Shown here: positions 1 through 10,800 of the stretch, piece by piece
Layout: each line of letters starts with the position of its first letter
How positions within the stretch are numbered: position 1 is the first letter of the stretch
Position numbers and translations under genes: made by a program
The notes under the pieces: generated by a model
What the model was told of the DNA's origin: nothing
The model's database searches: none
The model's input: only the letters and a program-made list of their open reading frames with translations
Source of the DNA: a virus
Taxonomy: Duplodnaviria; Caudoviricetes
IMG/VR virus record: IMGVR_UViG_3300048606_000151
Span: 1-42,358 of that record
Length of the DNA stretch: 42,358 bases
Strand: one strand, 5' to 3'

Positions 1-76
1 TGCGGCAGCGCAGCCTGGCTCGGAGTTGGGCTTTGTCCGCAGCATTCATCTTCAGCTTGATTGCCATCCCTAAACC

Positions 77-298
77 ATGACAGATAGGTGTATCAGAAGT
101 CAATGTTACAGTGCACTAGCAACGCGGCGCGAAGTGGCGCGATTCGAAATGAAGTCAGTGATTCATTCGATCGCCTTCGCTCCTAACGGCAGCGCGTTGT
201 TTGTTTCTCCCAGAGAGAGCGGCCAATCCGTCCATTCCACCGTAATCTGGCGGCTGCCGGATTTCAACGAGGCGGACGCGAAACCGAATAGAAACTGA
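77..298 (+). pseudogene. Possible C-terminal WD40/beta-propeller fragment
   Basis: VIHSIAFAPNGSALFVS...TVIWRL resembles one WD40 blade; in-frame stop just upstream. Confidence 0.3.
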
Positions 299-807
299 TG
301 GGTAATCATTTTCGGACTGCCTCCACCGATTCAAGAATGGCATGGCTCACTGACACATCTTTACCTGGATGAAATCAACCGTGATTCTCGATGTCCAAGA
401 AGCGCAACGCGAGTGGGCACGCTATGTTGAATTGGCCGCCCATCTTCAGTGAACCCTTCAGTAAGCGAGTTAAGACCGGTTAAGCCGAGTAGGGACAGGT
501 TTACTTGCAGTAGCGCCGGGAATTGGAAATTGGGCAGAAAATGCCCGATTCGGACCCTCGCCTCCAATTAACTACCGCATTTCTCTGCCACTCCTTGGGG
601 ATGCTCCCCGCCTGCTCGCTGGCGGAGTAGCGAAAGTGGCTTCAAGCGCGAAGCCAGCCTCGCGCCCAAGCTTTGGGAGACTCGCTGCGATCAGTCACGG
701 TTTGAACACCAACTCTCGCTTGCTTTCAGCTTTGTGGCTCAGACGCTGAGGTCGGGTGATTGCCGATTTATCTCGACTATGCGCAAGCCGGCGATTTGAT
801 CGCATTT

Positions 808-1626
808 ATGCCTCTGGGGCTGCCAAAGGGATCGGCCAGGGCTCGACGGGAGGCGGGTTTTACTCTGGTCGAGCTTCTGGTGGTGATCGCGATCATCGCC
901 CTGCTGGCCGCCATGTTGCTCTCCGTCCTGGGCCGCGCCAAAGCGAAAGCCAGCGCGGCGGCCTGCCTCAACAACACCCGGCAGCTAACGTTAGCATGGG
1001 CGGTATATGGAGATGCCAACGGGGACCGCTGTGTTAACAACCACGGCGTTGATCAAACGCGCGCGGAACGCAACACTTGGGCGAACCAGGTAATCGCTTG
1101 GGGCGCGGAACCTGATAACACCAATGCGCTCCTTCTAACCGAAGCTCTGCTCGGAGACGCGATCGGCAAGTCTGTCCGGTCTTTCAAGTGCCCAGCTGAC
1201 CAGGTCCGCGCCGACAACGGAGAGCGGCTTCGTAGCTATGCGCTGAACTGCATGGTGGGGAATCCGGGCAAACTCCTGGACGAATACAATCGCGATTTCC
1301 GCCAATTCTTCCGCTCAAGTGACTTCGCCCGCCCCAGCGCTGTGTTCCTTTTCCTGGATGAACATCCGGACACAATCAACGACGGGTTCTATATGATCCG
1401 GCTTGGCCGGTACGAATGGTCGAATCTGCCGGCCTCGTTCCACAATGGAGGCGCCAACGTGTCATTCGCGGACGGTCACGCGGAGACCCACCGTTGGTTG
1501 GTCACCGGTCCCAACGGAACGGTTCGCCCCGCTGTCCGGGGCGCGGTGAAGGGCGATTTCCCGGCCGAACCGCGGACAGATTATTTGTGGGTCATGGAGC
1601 GAATGAGCGAACTTAAAGGGAGATGA
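808..1626 (+). CDS. Prepilin-type N-terminal cleavage/methylation protein with H-X9-DG C-terminal motif (PVC-type)
   Basis: GFTLVELLVVIAIIALLAAMLL N-terminus; FKCPAD; HNGGANVSFADGH; ATG 808 preferred over TTG 760. Confidence 0.9.
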   Translation: MPLGLPKGSARARREAGFTLVELLVVIAIIALLAAMLLSVLGRAKAKASAAACLNNTRQLTLAWAVYGDANGDRCVNNHGVDQTRAERNTWANQVIAWGAEPDNTNALLLTEALLGDAIGKSVRSFKCPADQVRADNGERLRSYALNCMVGNPGKLLDEYNRDFRQFFRSSDFARPSAVFLFLDEHPDTINDGFYMIRLGRYEWSNLPASFHNGGANVSFADGHAETHRWLVTGPNGTVRPAVRGAVKGDFPAEPRTDYLWVMERMSELKGR

Positions 1627-2207
1627 GCTATCCGGAGACCCCCGGCGGGCCGGTGATACCACGCAGCCACCTGCGGCAAGACGGCGGACTGGGGGATTGA
1701 ATCATTCAGCAGGTGCGCAAGCCATCCGCGGCTACGGCGCCAGTTGGTTGCGCTTACAAAATCCGCGGAATTCCAATTCCGATGCCTCAATGACCGGCAG
1801 TGATCAATACCCTTCCTGGGAGCCCTGATAGCTAAACTCGTCTTTTTGGCTGCCATCTGGTGCAATCAGAAAGACGGTGTCTCCGCCATCTTTCAAGCTC
1901 ATGGCCATACCGTTTCGATGAACGGTTTTTGATTGGCCGGGATTTACAGTTTCCAAGGTATCGAGTTTCTATACCTTGCCTGAGCCGAGTTGGTGGAGGC
2001 CCAGTTTGACCAGGCCGCGGCTGGTATGTCCTAGCTCGCAATGACCACTGAAAATCGGTTAGCGGGCGCTACATGTCGAACCGGTAGGACGGGTTGACGA
2101 CGGTCGGAAGGGAAACAGGGGCCGGCCAGTCGGCGATGAGCGGAACGGAGGAACCGTTGGTCCCGGCGGGTTACGGGTTCACTGACGCGCGCAATGGTTT
2201 TTTGCGC

Positions 2208-2236
2208 TTTCGGAAGGGGATTTTGTTTGTTATGGT
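2208..2236 (+). promoter_or_regulatory. Possible extended -10 promoter for the small protein/HNH pair
   Basis: TGtTATGGT at 2228-2236, 6 nt before the GTG start; only a poor -35. Confidence 0.3.
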
Positions 2237-2242
2237 GCGACT

Positions 2243-2506
2243 GTGATAACGACACCAGAAAGTGCTGCGTTCGACCGGGGGGTTCGCCCAGTTCTGCAAA
2301 TCGTTCTGCCGGACAAAACGGAAGCCGTCTTGAGGTTTCGGGCGGACCCTGAACTTCAGAGACGGATCGAAGATCTGGCCGCGAAATCGACCGAAGGTCA
2401 ACTCGCCGAGGAGGAACGGGCCGAGTACGAAGGCTACGTGCGGGCGAACAAATTCGTCGCCATCCTTCAGCGGCAAGCGCGCCAAATGGCTGGGACCAAA
2501 CTGTAG
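2243..2506 (+). CDS. Small helical protein, putative antitoxin-like partner of HNH nuclease
   Basis: 87 aa, LQRRIEDLAAKSTEGQLAEEERAEYEGY; 3 nt upstream of the HNH gene. Confidence 0.65.
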   Translation: MITTPESAAFDRGVRPVLQIVLPDKTEAVLRFRADPELQRRIEDLAAKSTEGQLAEEERAEYEGYVRANKFVAILQRQARQMAGTKL

Positions 2507-2509
2507 AGG

Positions 2510-2887
2510 ATGAGCCCAGCGCTCCGAGCGCGGGTGCGGCAACGTGCCGGAAATCGGTGCGAGTATTGCCAACTGAGACAGGAAGATTCGCCGCTGGCCG
2601 CACTTCACATCGAGCACATCGTCCCTCGCACTCATGGCGGCGTCGACGATCTCGACAACCTAGCTGTGGCTTGCATTGATTGTAATCTTCACAAGGGCCC
2701 AAACCTCACGGGGATCGATCCCGAAACTCGTCTGGTCACCGAGCTGTTTCATCCAAGACACCAACGTTGGGACGATCACTTTGAATGGCGCAATATCTAT
2801 GTTATCGGGAAGACGGCCGTCGGAAGGACGACGGTTCGCGTCCTCAACATGAATTCTGAAGATCAACTCGCTCTCCGATCGTCATGA
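2510..2887 (+). CDS. HNH endonuclease
   Basis: RCEYC...HIEHIVPRTHGG...NLAVACIDCNLHKG zinc/HNH motifs; GAGG before ATG. Confidence 0.9.
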   Translation: MSPALRARVRQRAGNRCEYCQLRQEDSPLAALHIEHIVPRTHGGVDDLDNLAVACIDCNLHKGPNLTGIDPETRLVTELFHPRHQRWDDHFEWRNIYVIGKTAVGRTTVRVLNMNSEDQLALRSS

Positions 2888-3025
2888 GTCTAGCGAGGCA
2901 GCCGAGGGCCACTCGAGATGAATAGTTAATCAGTGGCTGCGGTGACAAAGCAGTGCTCGAGTCCGATTCGATCACGATCGGTTTTTTCTCCGGTGGCATG
3001 TTCTATGGGTGTGGAGTCTCGTCGC

Positions 3026-3160
3026 TTAAACCATCCGGTTGGCAATGTCCAAAGCTTCCCGTCGCGCTCGTTTGCGAGTGGAGCGCAAGTAATACGTGTG
3101 ACGTGTGCCATTGAACTGCCATCGGGCGCAGTAGAAAGGGCGACCCGGTCGTTTGAGACT
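3026..3160 (-). pseudogene. Probable tyrosine integrase N-terminal (arm-binding) remnant
   Basis: LKRPGRPFYCARWQFNGTRHTYYLRSTRKRARREALDIA resembles integrase N-termini; lies just downstream of tRNA 3' end; no catalytic domain follows. Confidence 0.4.
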
Positions 3161-3279
3161 TGAATGTTCTGATTCCTGCTCGTTCCTCGTCAGCAGTAGC
3201 TTCGGTCCGGGCCTTGCGACGACGAGCTGCAGGTTGCTGGCTGTTGCGCAGCGTAAAAATAACATTGAACAAGTCGAAA

Positions 3280-3313
3280 CCGTATCCAAACCCGTTTCCA
3301 GATCCCGTATCCA
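3280..3313. repeat. Three 9-bp direct repeats CCGTWTCCA, likely integrase arm-type sites
   Basis: ccgtatcca 3280-3288, ccgtttcca 3292-3300, ccgtatcca 3305-3313; about 40 bp from the att core. Confidence 0.6.
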
Positions 3314-3350
3314 TTTGAGGATATTTGTGGGTTTTTCCCAATGAATTGAG

Positions 3351-3395
3351 TGGTCGGGGCGGTGAGATTTGAACTCACGACCTTCTGAACCCCAT
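3351..3395 (-). tRNA. 3' fragment of tRNA-Pro(GGG), prophage attachment site (not an intact tRNA)
   Basis: Minus strand ATGGGGT-TCAGA-AGGTC-GTGAG-TTCAAAT-CTCAC-CGCCCCG-ACCA: anticodon loop, T arm, acceptor strand, CCA; 5' anticodon stem and D arm absent. Confidence 0.9.
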
Positions 3396-3476
3396 GCACC
3401 GTAGCCCCCTCGCAGAACCCTAGCATTTACGCAGCATGATTGATTTGGCCGGTCTGCGTCACAGTGTTAGCTCCAA

Positions 3477-3508
3477 GCTACGCCCGTTGCAAAGCTGTGC
3501 TACGTCCG
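3477..3508. repeat. 10-bp direct repeat GCTACGYCCG, possible phage-side arm-type sites
   Basis: gctacgcccg 3477-3486 and gctacgtccg 3499-3508. Confidence 0.45.
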
Positions 3509-3556
3509 CTTTAGAAGTTTCTCTTCGAGTGCTCTGAGCTTGCCCGCGGCCGCGGA

Positions 3557-3865
3557 TTGTGTATTCTGGCATCCATGAGCAGTGTTCATTGGAGGATGTT
3601 CCTGGGTGGTGCGGTCTTTGGCTCTGTTCTCACCGCCGGCGCGATCTTGGTGCTTGCCTCGGGAATTGCTGAGGCCGCGCTGAACGCACTGATGTATTTG
3701 ACCGGTGGAGGCTTGATCATGATGGTGGTGAGTATTGTGATCGCGGTTTGCTTGGCCGTCGTGTTCTGGATCGGTACTATTCCAGGCAAGCTTCGTCGGC
3801 TTTGGACTTGGATGGAGATGAAACCTTACCGCCGAAAACCGGTCCCGCCTCACCAACTTAACTGA
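3557..3865 (+). CDS. Small membrane protein (accessory)
   Basis: Two long hydrophobic segments, basic C-tail; ATG 3575 is a likely start. Confidence 0.6.
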   Translation: MCILASMSSVHWRMFLGGAVFGSVLTAGAILVLASGIAEAALNALMYLTGGGLIMMVVSIVIAVCLAVVFWIGTIPGKLRRLWTWMEMKPYRRKPVPPHQLN

Positions 3866-3976
3866 CAATAGACAAAATACAGCAATCTGAAACCAAAGGT
3901 ATCGGCCCCCGGTGGATTCAGCGCAGAGCGCCGTCAAAGCAGGGATGGCGTTTCGGATCAAGAAGGCGAGAGCGGG

Positions 3977-4117
3977 ATGAACGATTTCAAGGAGCTTATT
4001 AAACAGCGCAACAAGTTGCTGAAAGAGAACAAACGTTTACAGGCTGAATTCAGAAGGAATTTTGCTGATTTTAATAAGCTACTCCGTGAAGTAAGGACTC
4101 GCTTTACCAAGAGATAA
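3977..4117 (+). CDS. 46-aa basic coiled-coil peptide (not in ORF track)
   Basis: Hand translation MNDFKELIKQRNKLLKENKRLQAEFRRNFADFNKLLREVRTRFTKR; AT-rich relative to the phage core. Confidence 0.5.
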   Translation: MNDFKELIKQRNKLLKENKRLQAEFRRNFADFNKLLREVRTRFTKR

Positions 4118-4186
4118 AGCAAACCGGATTCAAATTAAGACCCTGCCTGACCTTGCCACCGGACGCGTTCTCTGTATCCTCACGCC

Positions 4187-4636
4187 ATGAGTTGGAGAAG
4201 TTTCTTCGCCGGCGGTTTGCTCCTCGCTTGTCTTCTCTCTGGTTGCACGTTCTCGTCGCGGACAAATATTGCCATGTTGGACGGTACGTCGGCACCCACC
4301 AGGCTTTCGCATACCAATAGGACGACGACGTCCGTCGTGGTGTATCAGCAGGGCAAGAAACCCACGCGTCCGTACAAAGAGATCGCGCTATTCACCGTGG
4401 ACGGTGAGGGTCGCGAAGAGGCCAGCGCAGTGCAGGGCTTCATCGACCTTGGCCGGAAGTGTGGAGCTGATGCGATTCTTGTGGACCGCACAGCAACTTT
4501 GAAACGGGAGGGTGGCGGAAGGATTGTAGATACTCAGTCCAAGGAGGGCGTCGAAGGTAGTGGCGGGGATACAATTTATTTTCCCAATGGTCGTTGTGTC
4601 TTTCGTGCGACTGCGGTTGTGTGGACCTCACAATGA
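4187..4636 (+). CDS. Lipoprotein, YbjQ-like fold candidate
   Basis: Signal peptide with lipobox LSGC; KPTRPYKEIA...GRKCGADAIL...RATAVVW pattern. Confidence 0.7.
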   Translation: MSWRSFFAGGLLLACLLSGCTFSSRTNIAMLDGTSAPTRLSHTNRTTTSVVVYQQGKKPTRPYKEIALFTVDGEGREEASAVQGFIDLGRKCGADAILVDRTATLKREGGGRIVDTQSKEGVEGSGGDTIYFPNGRCVFRATAVVWTSQ

Positions 4637-4860
4637 TTCAGAATGCGGAAGAGTCGATCGCTGAACCGGACTTGTTAGCTTGCCCGTTTTGTGGGAAACA
4701 ACCCACGACTCAGTTCAAACGATCTGGATACACAGGCTGGAGAGTCATGTGCCTTGAAAAGGGCTGTGTTATAGCCCCGTGGACGCCGCCCTTTCAAACC
4801 ATAGAAAAGGCCGCCACCTGTTGGAACACGCGAGGGGTCACCGCCCCTGCCGCTTCTTGA
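4633..4860 (+). CDS. Lar-family restriction alleviation-like zinc protein
   Basis: LLACPFCG...VMC...C...AATCWNTR; ATGA overlap with upstream gene. Confidence 0.75.
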   Translation: MIQNAEESIAEPDLLACPFCGKQPTTQFKRSGYTGWRVMCLEKGCVIAPWTPPFQTIEKAATCWNTRGVTAPAAS

Positions 4861-7800
4861 GCTCTTGCTCGACGATCACCGCTTTCTCGGCCTTACTCTC
4901 GGTCTTGTCCAGCCGGCGGAGCAGCGGGTGGGCTCGCGATTTCATGACGTCCACGATCGTGTTGCGGAAGTACTCCAGGGCGTAGGGATCGCGCAGCAGC
5001 ATCTTCTCACTGTCGGCGAGCGCCTCGCGGCCGATCACCTTGTCGATGATCGTCCGGACTGCCACGCGGGTCTGCGCGCGCTGCTGGCGTAGCGGCTCAG
5101 TCAGCTTCCGGTCGGCGTCGGCGATTCCGCGGTTGCTCACTTTGAGCCAGCGGCCGACGAAGTTGCTGACGATCGGCAGGGACAAAAACTTCTCCATCTC
5201 CGTGTCATCCGGAATATCCAGCGGCCGATCGCGCAAGCGCGCAACGATCCCGCCGCCCAGTTCGTTCCACGTCCACCGCATCAAGTCCTGACGCGCGCGC
5301 CAGCCGCCGGCCTCGAAGACATTTGGATCCAGGATCTCCCGGCCCAGGAAAGCATCGTAGGGATTCTTGCCGCTCACTTCGAAATTCCACCACGCGGCCG
5401 CCACGCCGATCAGCGGGTTAGCCGACGGCACTTGGCCGCCCATGTAACTCGCGTAACCCTGGCCGCGGCTCGTCAGTCCTTGCCAGAGCAAGGCGTGCGC
5501 GATCCGGGCGGGCTCCCAGAGTGGCAGCCGTAGATACGCGACCTTCTGCTGTTTCCTATCCGCCCAGCCGAGTGGCACGACCAGGTAATTCGAGACGTCG
5601 TAATCTGGCACGCTGGCGTACAGGTCTTTCAGCTCCTTCCCAAACCAACCGCTTGCAGCCATCGCCTGCGTGACCGTCGGCAGGGCGATCAATGCGGTGG
5701 CTTTCGCGCCGAAGCTCCATGGATTCTCCCTCGCGCTTTTGGCGAGCGACCGGATGCCCTCCTTCCACGGATTGTAAAACATCGCGAACAAATCCACGTA
5801 GGCATTCGAAGCGCCGCGCTGCAGGAAGTCTGGCGAGCCGGCCCGTTCGCGAACGATCTCGCGCTTCTTCCATTCCGGCATCGAGGGAAACCGTTGGTCC
5901 AGGTAGAGCATGCCGGCAATCTTGTGAACACGTTCGAAGCGCTGGCCAAATCCACGGTAGGCGTTCCAGGCCCGCACGAGCCCGTTCACCTTGTCCGCCT
6001 GGGCGCCCCACTGCGCTGGGTCCATGCCGAAGCTCGCCAGGCGCGCCTCGAACTCATTCTCCGCGGCTGTCGTGATGCCGCGAGGATCAGAGCGGCTGAT
6101 GATTCCCTTGCGCGACAGAGCGGCCTCGGCGTCCGGATTGCGGCGCCGCTGGCTTAAGCTGTCATTGGCCGCCTTCATCGCACGCGGAAATAACTTGGCC
6201 CAATAGACAGGCGTGGCGATGCCTGGCATTTGCATCATCCAACCGGCCATGTCGCGGACAAAGCCCACGGGCCAGAACGCGTAGTTGAGTTGGGTGAACA
6301 GGCCTTTGAGTCCGGCATTGGCTTTCACGGCCGCGAGCCACAACAGATTCTCCACCGGGTTCCCCTGGTTGACGGAGTCGGCGATCGCCTTGCGCACGTA
6401 GAACGCCTGCGGCTTGCCGGCGTCCAGATAAACGACCGTCCCGACCTTGCCCGTCTCTTCGACCACGTGCTCGATGCGCTTGCCCGTCCACCGGGTCTTC
6501 GCCGGCAGGATCGAGCTGGGATCCATCTCCTGCAGCATGGCCACCGTTTGTCGTTTGAGGATGTTCTTGTACGCCGCCGAAATCAGACTCAATGCCTTTA
6601 GCGTTGTGGCTGTGGCGGGATTCTTGATCTCCCCGAGGTTGCCGACCTGGCGGAAAATGTGTGCCGTGGTGGCATCTCCGAAACTCTCCTGCAGCAGCCT
6701 CTCGATCGTCATCGTGGGTGCGTCCTTGACCGCGGCGAACGTGGCGTAAAAGGTCCGTTCGTTGATCGCTTCGGTCAGTTCCGGACCGAACATGTTCGCG
6801 CGAGTTAGCAGGTCCACCACCTGTTCCTCGTAATGCGCACGGAAGCGGGCCTGAGCCTCTTCGAGCGTCTTGAATCCAGCGCCGTACTGCACGCGCATCT
6901 CGGCCAGGCGTTCCAGACTGTTCTTGGGCGCCCAGCCCATCGGGTTGGCGAGCGCCGCCCGATTCTCGATGACGTGTCTGTGGAACATGAATTCGCCCAG
7001 GTCCATCCAATCCAGGCCGGCCTTCACCAGGCGCGCACCGACGTCACGGTTGATCCGGCCTAGAAAAAGTTCGTGCTCACTTGCGCGGTAAATGAAATTG
7101 CCGATCGCGTTGCGCAGGTCCCCTTCCCTGCTGTAACCCTTGGCGGCGCGATAGACCGGACCGAAGCGGCGGTCGAAGTGATAGATCACGTTGTCTAACA
7201 GATCGCCCGACGTGAGCTTTCCTCGTTCCTCCAATTTCTTCAGCGATCGCTCCTCATCCCGTCGCCACGACTCACGCAATTCCTCCACGCGCGCCTTCAT
7301 CACCGTGCCGGACCGGATTTGATCCTGGATCTCATCGTAGAGCCGCTTCACCTCCGGCTTTCGCTCCATGTAATTGTGCAGGAGCTTCCAGTAGGTGGGC
7401 GCGCGCTCAGCCATCGCGGCCGGATTGTTCATGAAGATGGAGCCGGCCTCGGCATACATCTCGGCCGGCGGCTTGAAATAATCCTCCATCTTCTCCGTGC
7501 CCCGCCACCAGGCAATGAGCGGTTCGAGCTCGGACTGGATCTGTTTCAGCTCCACCATCCGGCGTTTGAGCATTTCCTCGCGGAACAATTTCTGGAACCG
7601 TTCGCGGATCTCCTCGAAGGTCGGCTCGCGCCCGGTCTTCATCCGCACGGTGCGATACACCTGCTCGGTGCCGATTTGTTCCTTCTTTCCCATCGCAGCC
7701 AGGCGTTCGTCCACCATCCCTTTCATCGCGGCCTTCAGGATCGCTTTCTTGATGTCGGCCGGCTGCTCGGCAAACCAGCGATACAACTCCGGCATCTGCT

Positions 7801-10800
7801 CGCGCGCGGACATTCCCAGCAATGCCTTCACGTCTTCGGGCGTGACGCCGGACAGCCGGTAGATCGGCTCGTCCACGAGGATTCCCTTGATCGTCTCCTC
7901 GATGGGACCGAGCTCGGCCCGCATCTGTTTCTCGGCCTCCTTCATCAACCGGACGCGCTCGCCTGGGGTGATCGGCTTGTCTGGAACGCCTGGCGCTTCC
8001 GGGATGGTGCCACGCAGGTAATTCTTGAGGCTGGCAATCCGGCCCAGCAGATTGCCGCGGCCGGTAACTAAATGGTCCGGCAGCCAATCGACCAGGTGCC
8101 AGATCTCGTGCCAAAGGACTTTCAGCGCGAGCACCGGATTCTCCATCAGCGCTTCGTGCGACAGAAAAGCGAACCGTTCCCGCTCGATCTTCCCCACGTC
8201 GTCGCCCGGGCCAGCCGCGGCCTTGGCGTACTGCGCGGCTTCCTCCTGTAGCCGGGCTTTGATTTCGGGCGGCAGGTCGAACAGGTCTCTGCGCAATTCA
8301 ATTTCAGCCTCGCCGGTGGCGTCCTTGTGGCGGAACACGCCGGCGGCGCGGCCGTTCAACGCGCGCAATACCTCGCGGACCTTCGGGTATTTTCCACCCA
8401 ACAGATCGCGCGCCAGGCGCACCGCTTCTGGCAGCTCGGCGGGGAAGACGGTGAAGTTTGGATTATCCGCGGCGCGCGCCGGTCCGGTGCCCAGCGGTCC
8501 GCCGGGACTGGCGCTTGGTTTGGAGGCATAGACGGTGCCGCCTCGAGTATCCGGGTTGTCCTTGAAATTCTGGTAGATCGTTTCCAGCGTATCGAGCTGG
8601 CCGTCGAGGTATTTCGCCTCGGAGATGAGATCCACGTATCGGCCGGGCTGGCTGCCGTTGTCTCCTTGGGATTTCCACGTCTGCGCATTGAGGCGCACGA
8701 GCTTCAGGCGCTGCTCGATCTCCTCGATGCGTTCGAGTATGCGGTTGGCTATCCTTGCAGAGTCTTCTGCGGATAGCGCACGGGCGGGGACGGTTGGCTC
8801 GTTGGCAGCAGGCGGGCTGGCGGACTCTTTCCATCCAGGATCAGTGGCCGGCTTGGAGGCACCACGTTGTAATTCAGGGGTTGCTGCTTTTGGAGTTGCC
8901 TGGCTTTCCGCAGCCAATGGCTCGGTGGTAATCGGTCGTATGGGGCGTGTGCTTCCATTGGGATCAGAATTAAGGTGACCTTGGTTCCACGCATTTGCAA
9001 GCACCGAATCTTCGCGCAACACGTCGGGCATCTCCGGTTCCGGCGTCGCGAAGTCCACGGGCTTGCTCTTGAATGTGCCGGCGTCGGGATACAGCAGTTG
9101 ATCGGCGGGCACCCATTGCTCTCCGAACTTTGCGCCGCCCTCCAACAGCACGCTCACCACGTCGCCGGTGTCTTCATCGGAAACCATTTGCTTGACCTTG
9201 ACCGGCTGGCCGCGGATCTCGAATTCATCGCCGGCGTAAAGGTCGGCGGCGTGCATCGGTTTGATATCCGGATCGGCCTGCGGTTTGAGCGCTTCGGTGA
9301 AGGCGAGAAGCGCCGTCTCTTCACGTTCCAGGAGGGTGGCTTCGCGATTGGCTTCCGACTTGGCGCCACCGCGGATCCGGCCGGCATCGAGTATGGCCTC
9401 CAGAAATGCGTCTTCAGTTTGGATGTTCCGGTACAGGCCTTGTTGGTGGAGTTGGGCGAGGGCATCGTCGAGCGGCTGGCCTCCTTCCGCGAAGAGTTTC
9501 TTCAGTTCCTTTTCCGGTTTGAAATCCTCGCGGAATTCGCGCGCCGATGAGAGTGAGAGTTTGCGGCCGACGAGTCCCGTGATGTCATCGATGATATCGG
9601 GCTGGCGTTCCGGCCGGGTCCTGGCTTTGGGATTTGGGGCTGTCGGTTCTGCCGGCGTTGCCGGCGCCGGCGCCTCATCCTGCACGCGCATCCCCTTCGT
9701 TTTGGTGACCAACTGGACCGGCGAGGCCTCGGCTCCTTCCTTCGCTGCAAACTCCGTGGCGGCTTTGAGAGTTTCGAAGTGCTGCACCGCTCTGCCATCT
9801 TGCCAGAAGACTCGGAACACAGATCCCTCGGGAGCCTTTTCCGGAAACCTCATTTCTTGGACCGGCTGGCCGCCCAGGGCGGCTTGATGTTCCACCGCGG
9901 CCTGATTCGCTTCCGGTCGTTCGGTCAGTTTGATCTGCGCCAGCAATTCCTGGCCGATCAGCTTGCTGACATTCGCCTTGGGTTGGATTCCCTCCAGGGC
10001 TTTGCCTCCGGTTTTGCCGATGAAATACGTGTTGAGTGCCGCGGCGGTGGTCAGCTCCGCGGCCTTCTCCGGATCGCCTTCGCCCAAGGCTGCGCCCAGT
10101 TGTGCGGCCAGCTCCGGAGTGTGCAGCGCCATGTCCGCGGCGAAGATGCCGGCGATGAGCTTCTGCGTGGCAGCCGGCAGACCTCCGATTCCCAGCGTGG
10201 CGATGCCCAGGGGACTGAGAAAAAAGTCCGCCACGGAAGCCAGACCTTTGACGCCGCCGTAGGCGATCTTCAGTTTCGTCGGAAGCGGCATCTGCATTTC
10301 CGAAGGGAGTTCCGGCAGCATGTTGCGCAGGCTGACGATCGGCTTGGTGGCGGTCTGCAAAATCGATTTCTCCTCCAGTAATGCGACGCCCATCTTGGCG
10401 GCTTCCTGGCGGTAGGCTTCATCCACAGCCGCGAGTTTCCCGGGATCTTCGCCGGCCATCTGGCGCAGGGAGTGAGTGCGTGCGGTCAACTGTTCGTACG
10501 CCTCCGCTCGCTGCTCCTGCTGTTGCCGGCGTGCTGTCTCCAGTGGAAATTCACCGAGGTCCGGAGCATACGGCCGGTCCTTTCCCAGGGCGCGTTCCTC
10601 TCCGTAGGAGGGTGGCGCCGGCTTGGCGGGGTCCAGTTGAGTGGTCGGCTGCAGCGACGGTGTGCTCGACTGCAGGTCGGTGTACTGCGCGAGGAATTCC
10701 TTGTCCTCGAGAAACTCCGGTTGGGTGTCCGAGATGAACTGGATCAGGCGCTCATCCGATACAGCTTCGAAGCGCTTGTCCTCGGCGCGGAAGAAATCCA

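Noticed and set aside
1-25. gcagcgcagcctgg resembling a tRNA-Pro D arm
   Set aside because: No following anticodon or T arm; chance match
1991-2000. tggtggaggc resembling a reversed tRNA/tmRNA 3' end (second att site)
   Set aside because: Not followed by a T-loop complement
3351-3430. Intact tRNA-Pro gene
   Set aside because: 5' half is missing: no partner for the TCAGA stem, no D arm or 5' acceptor strand
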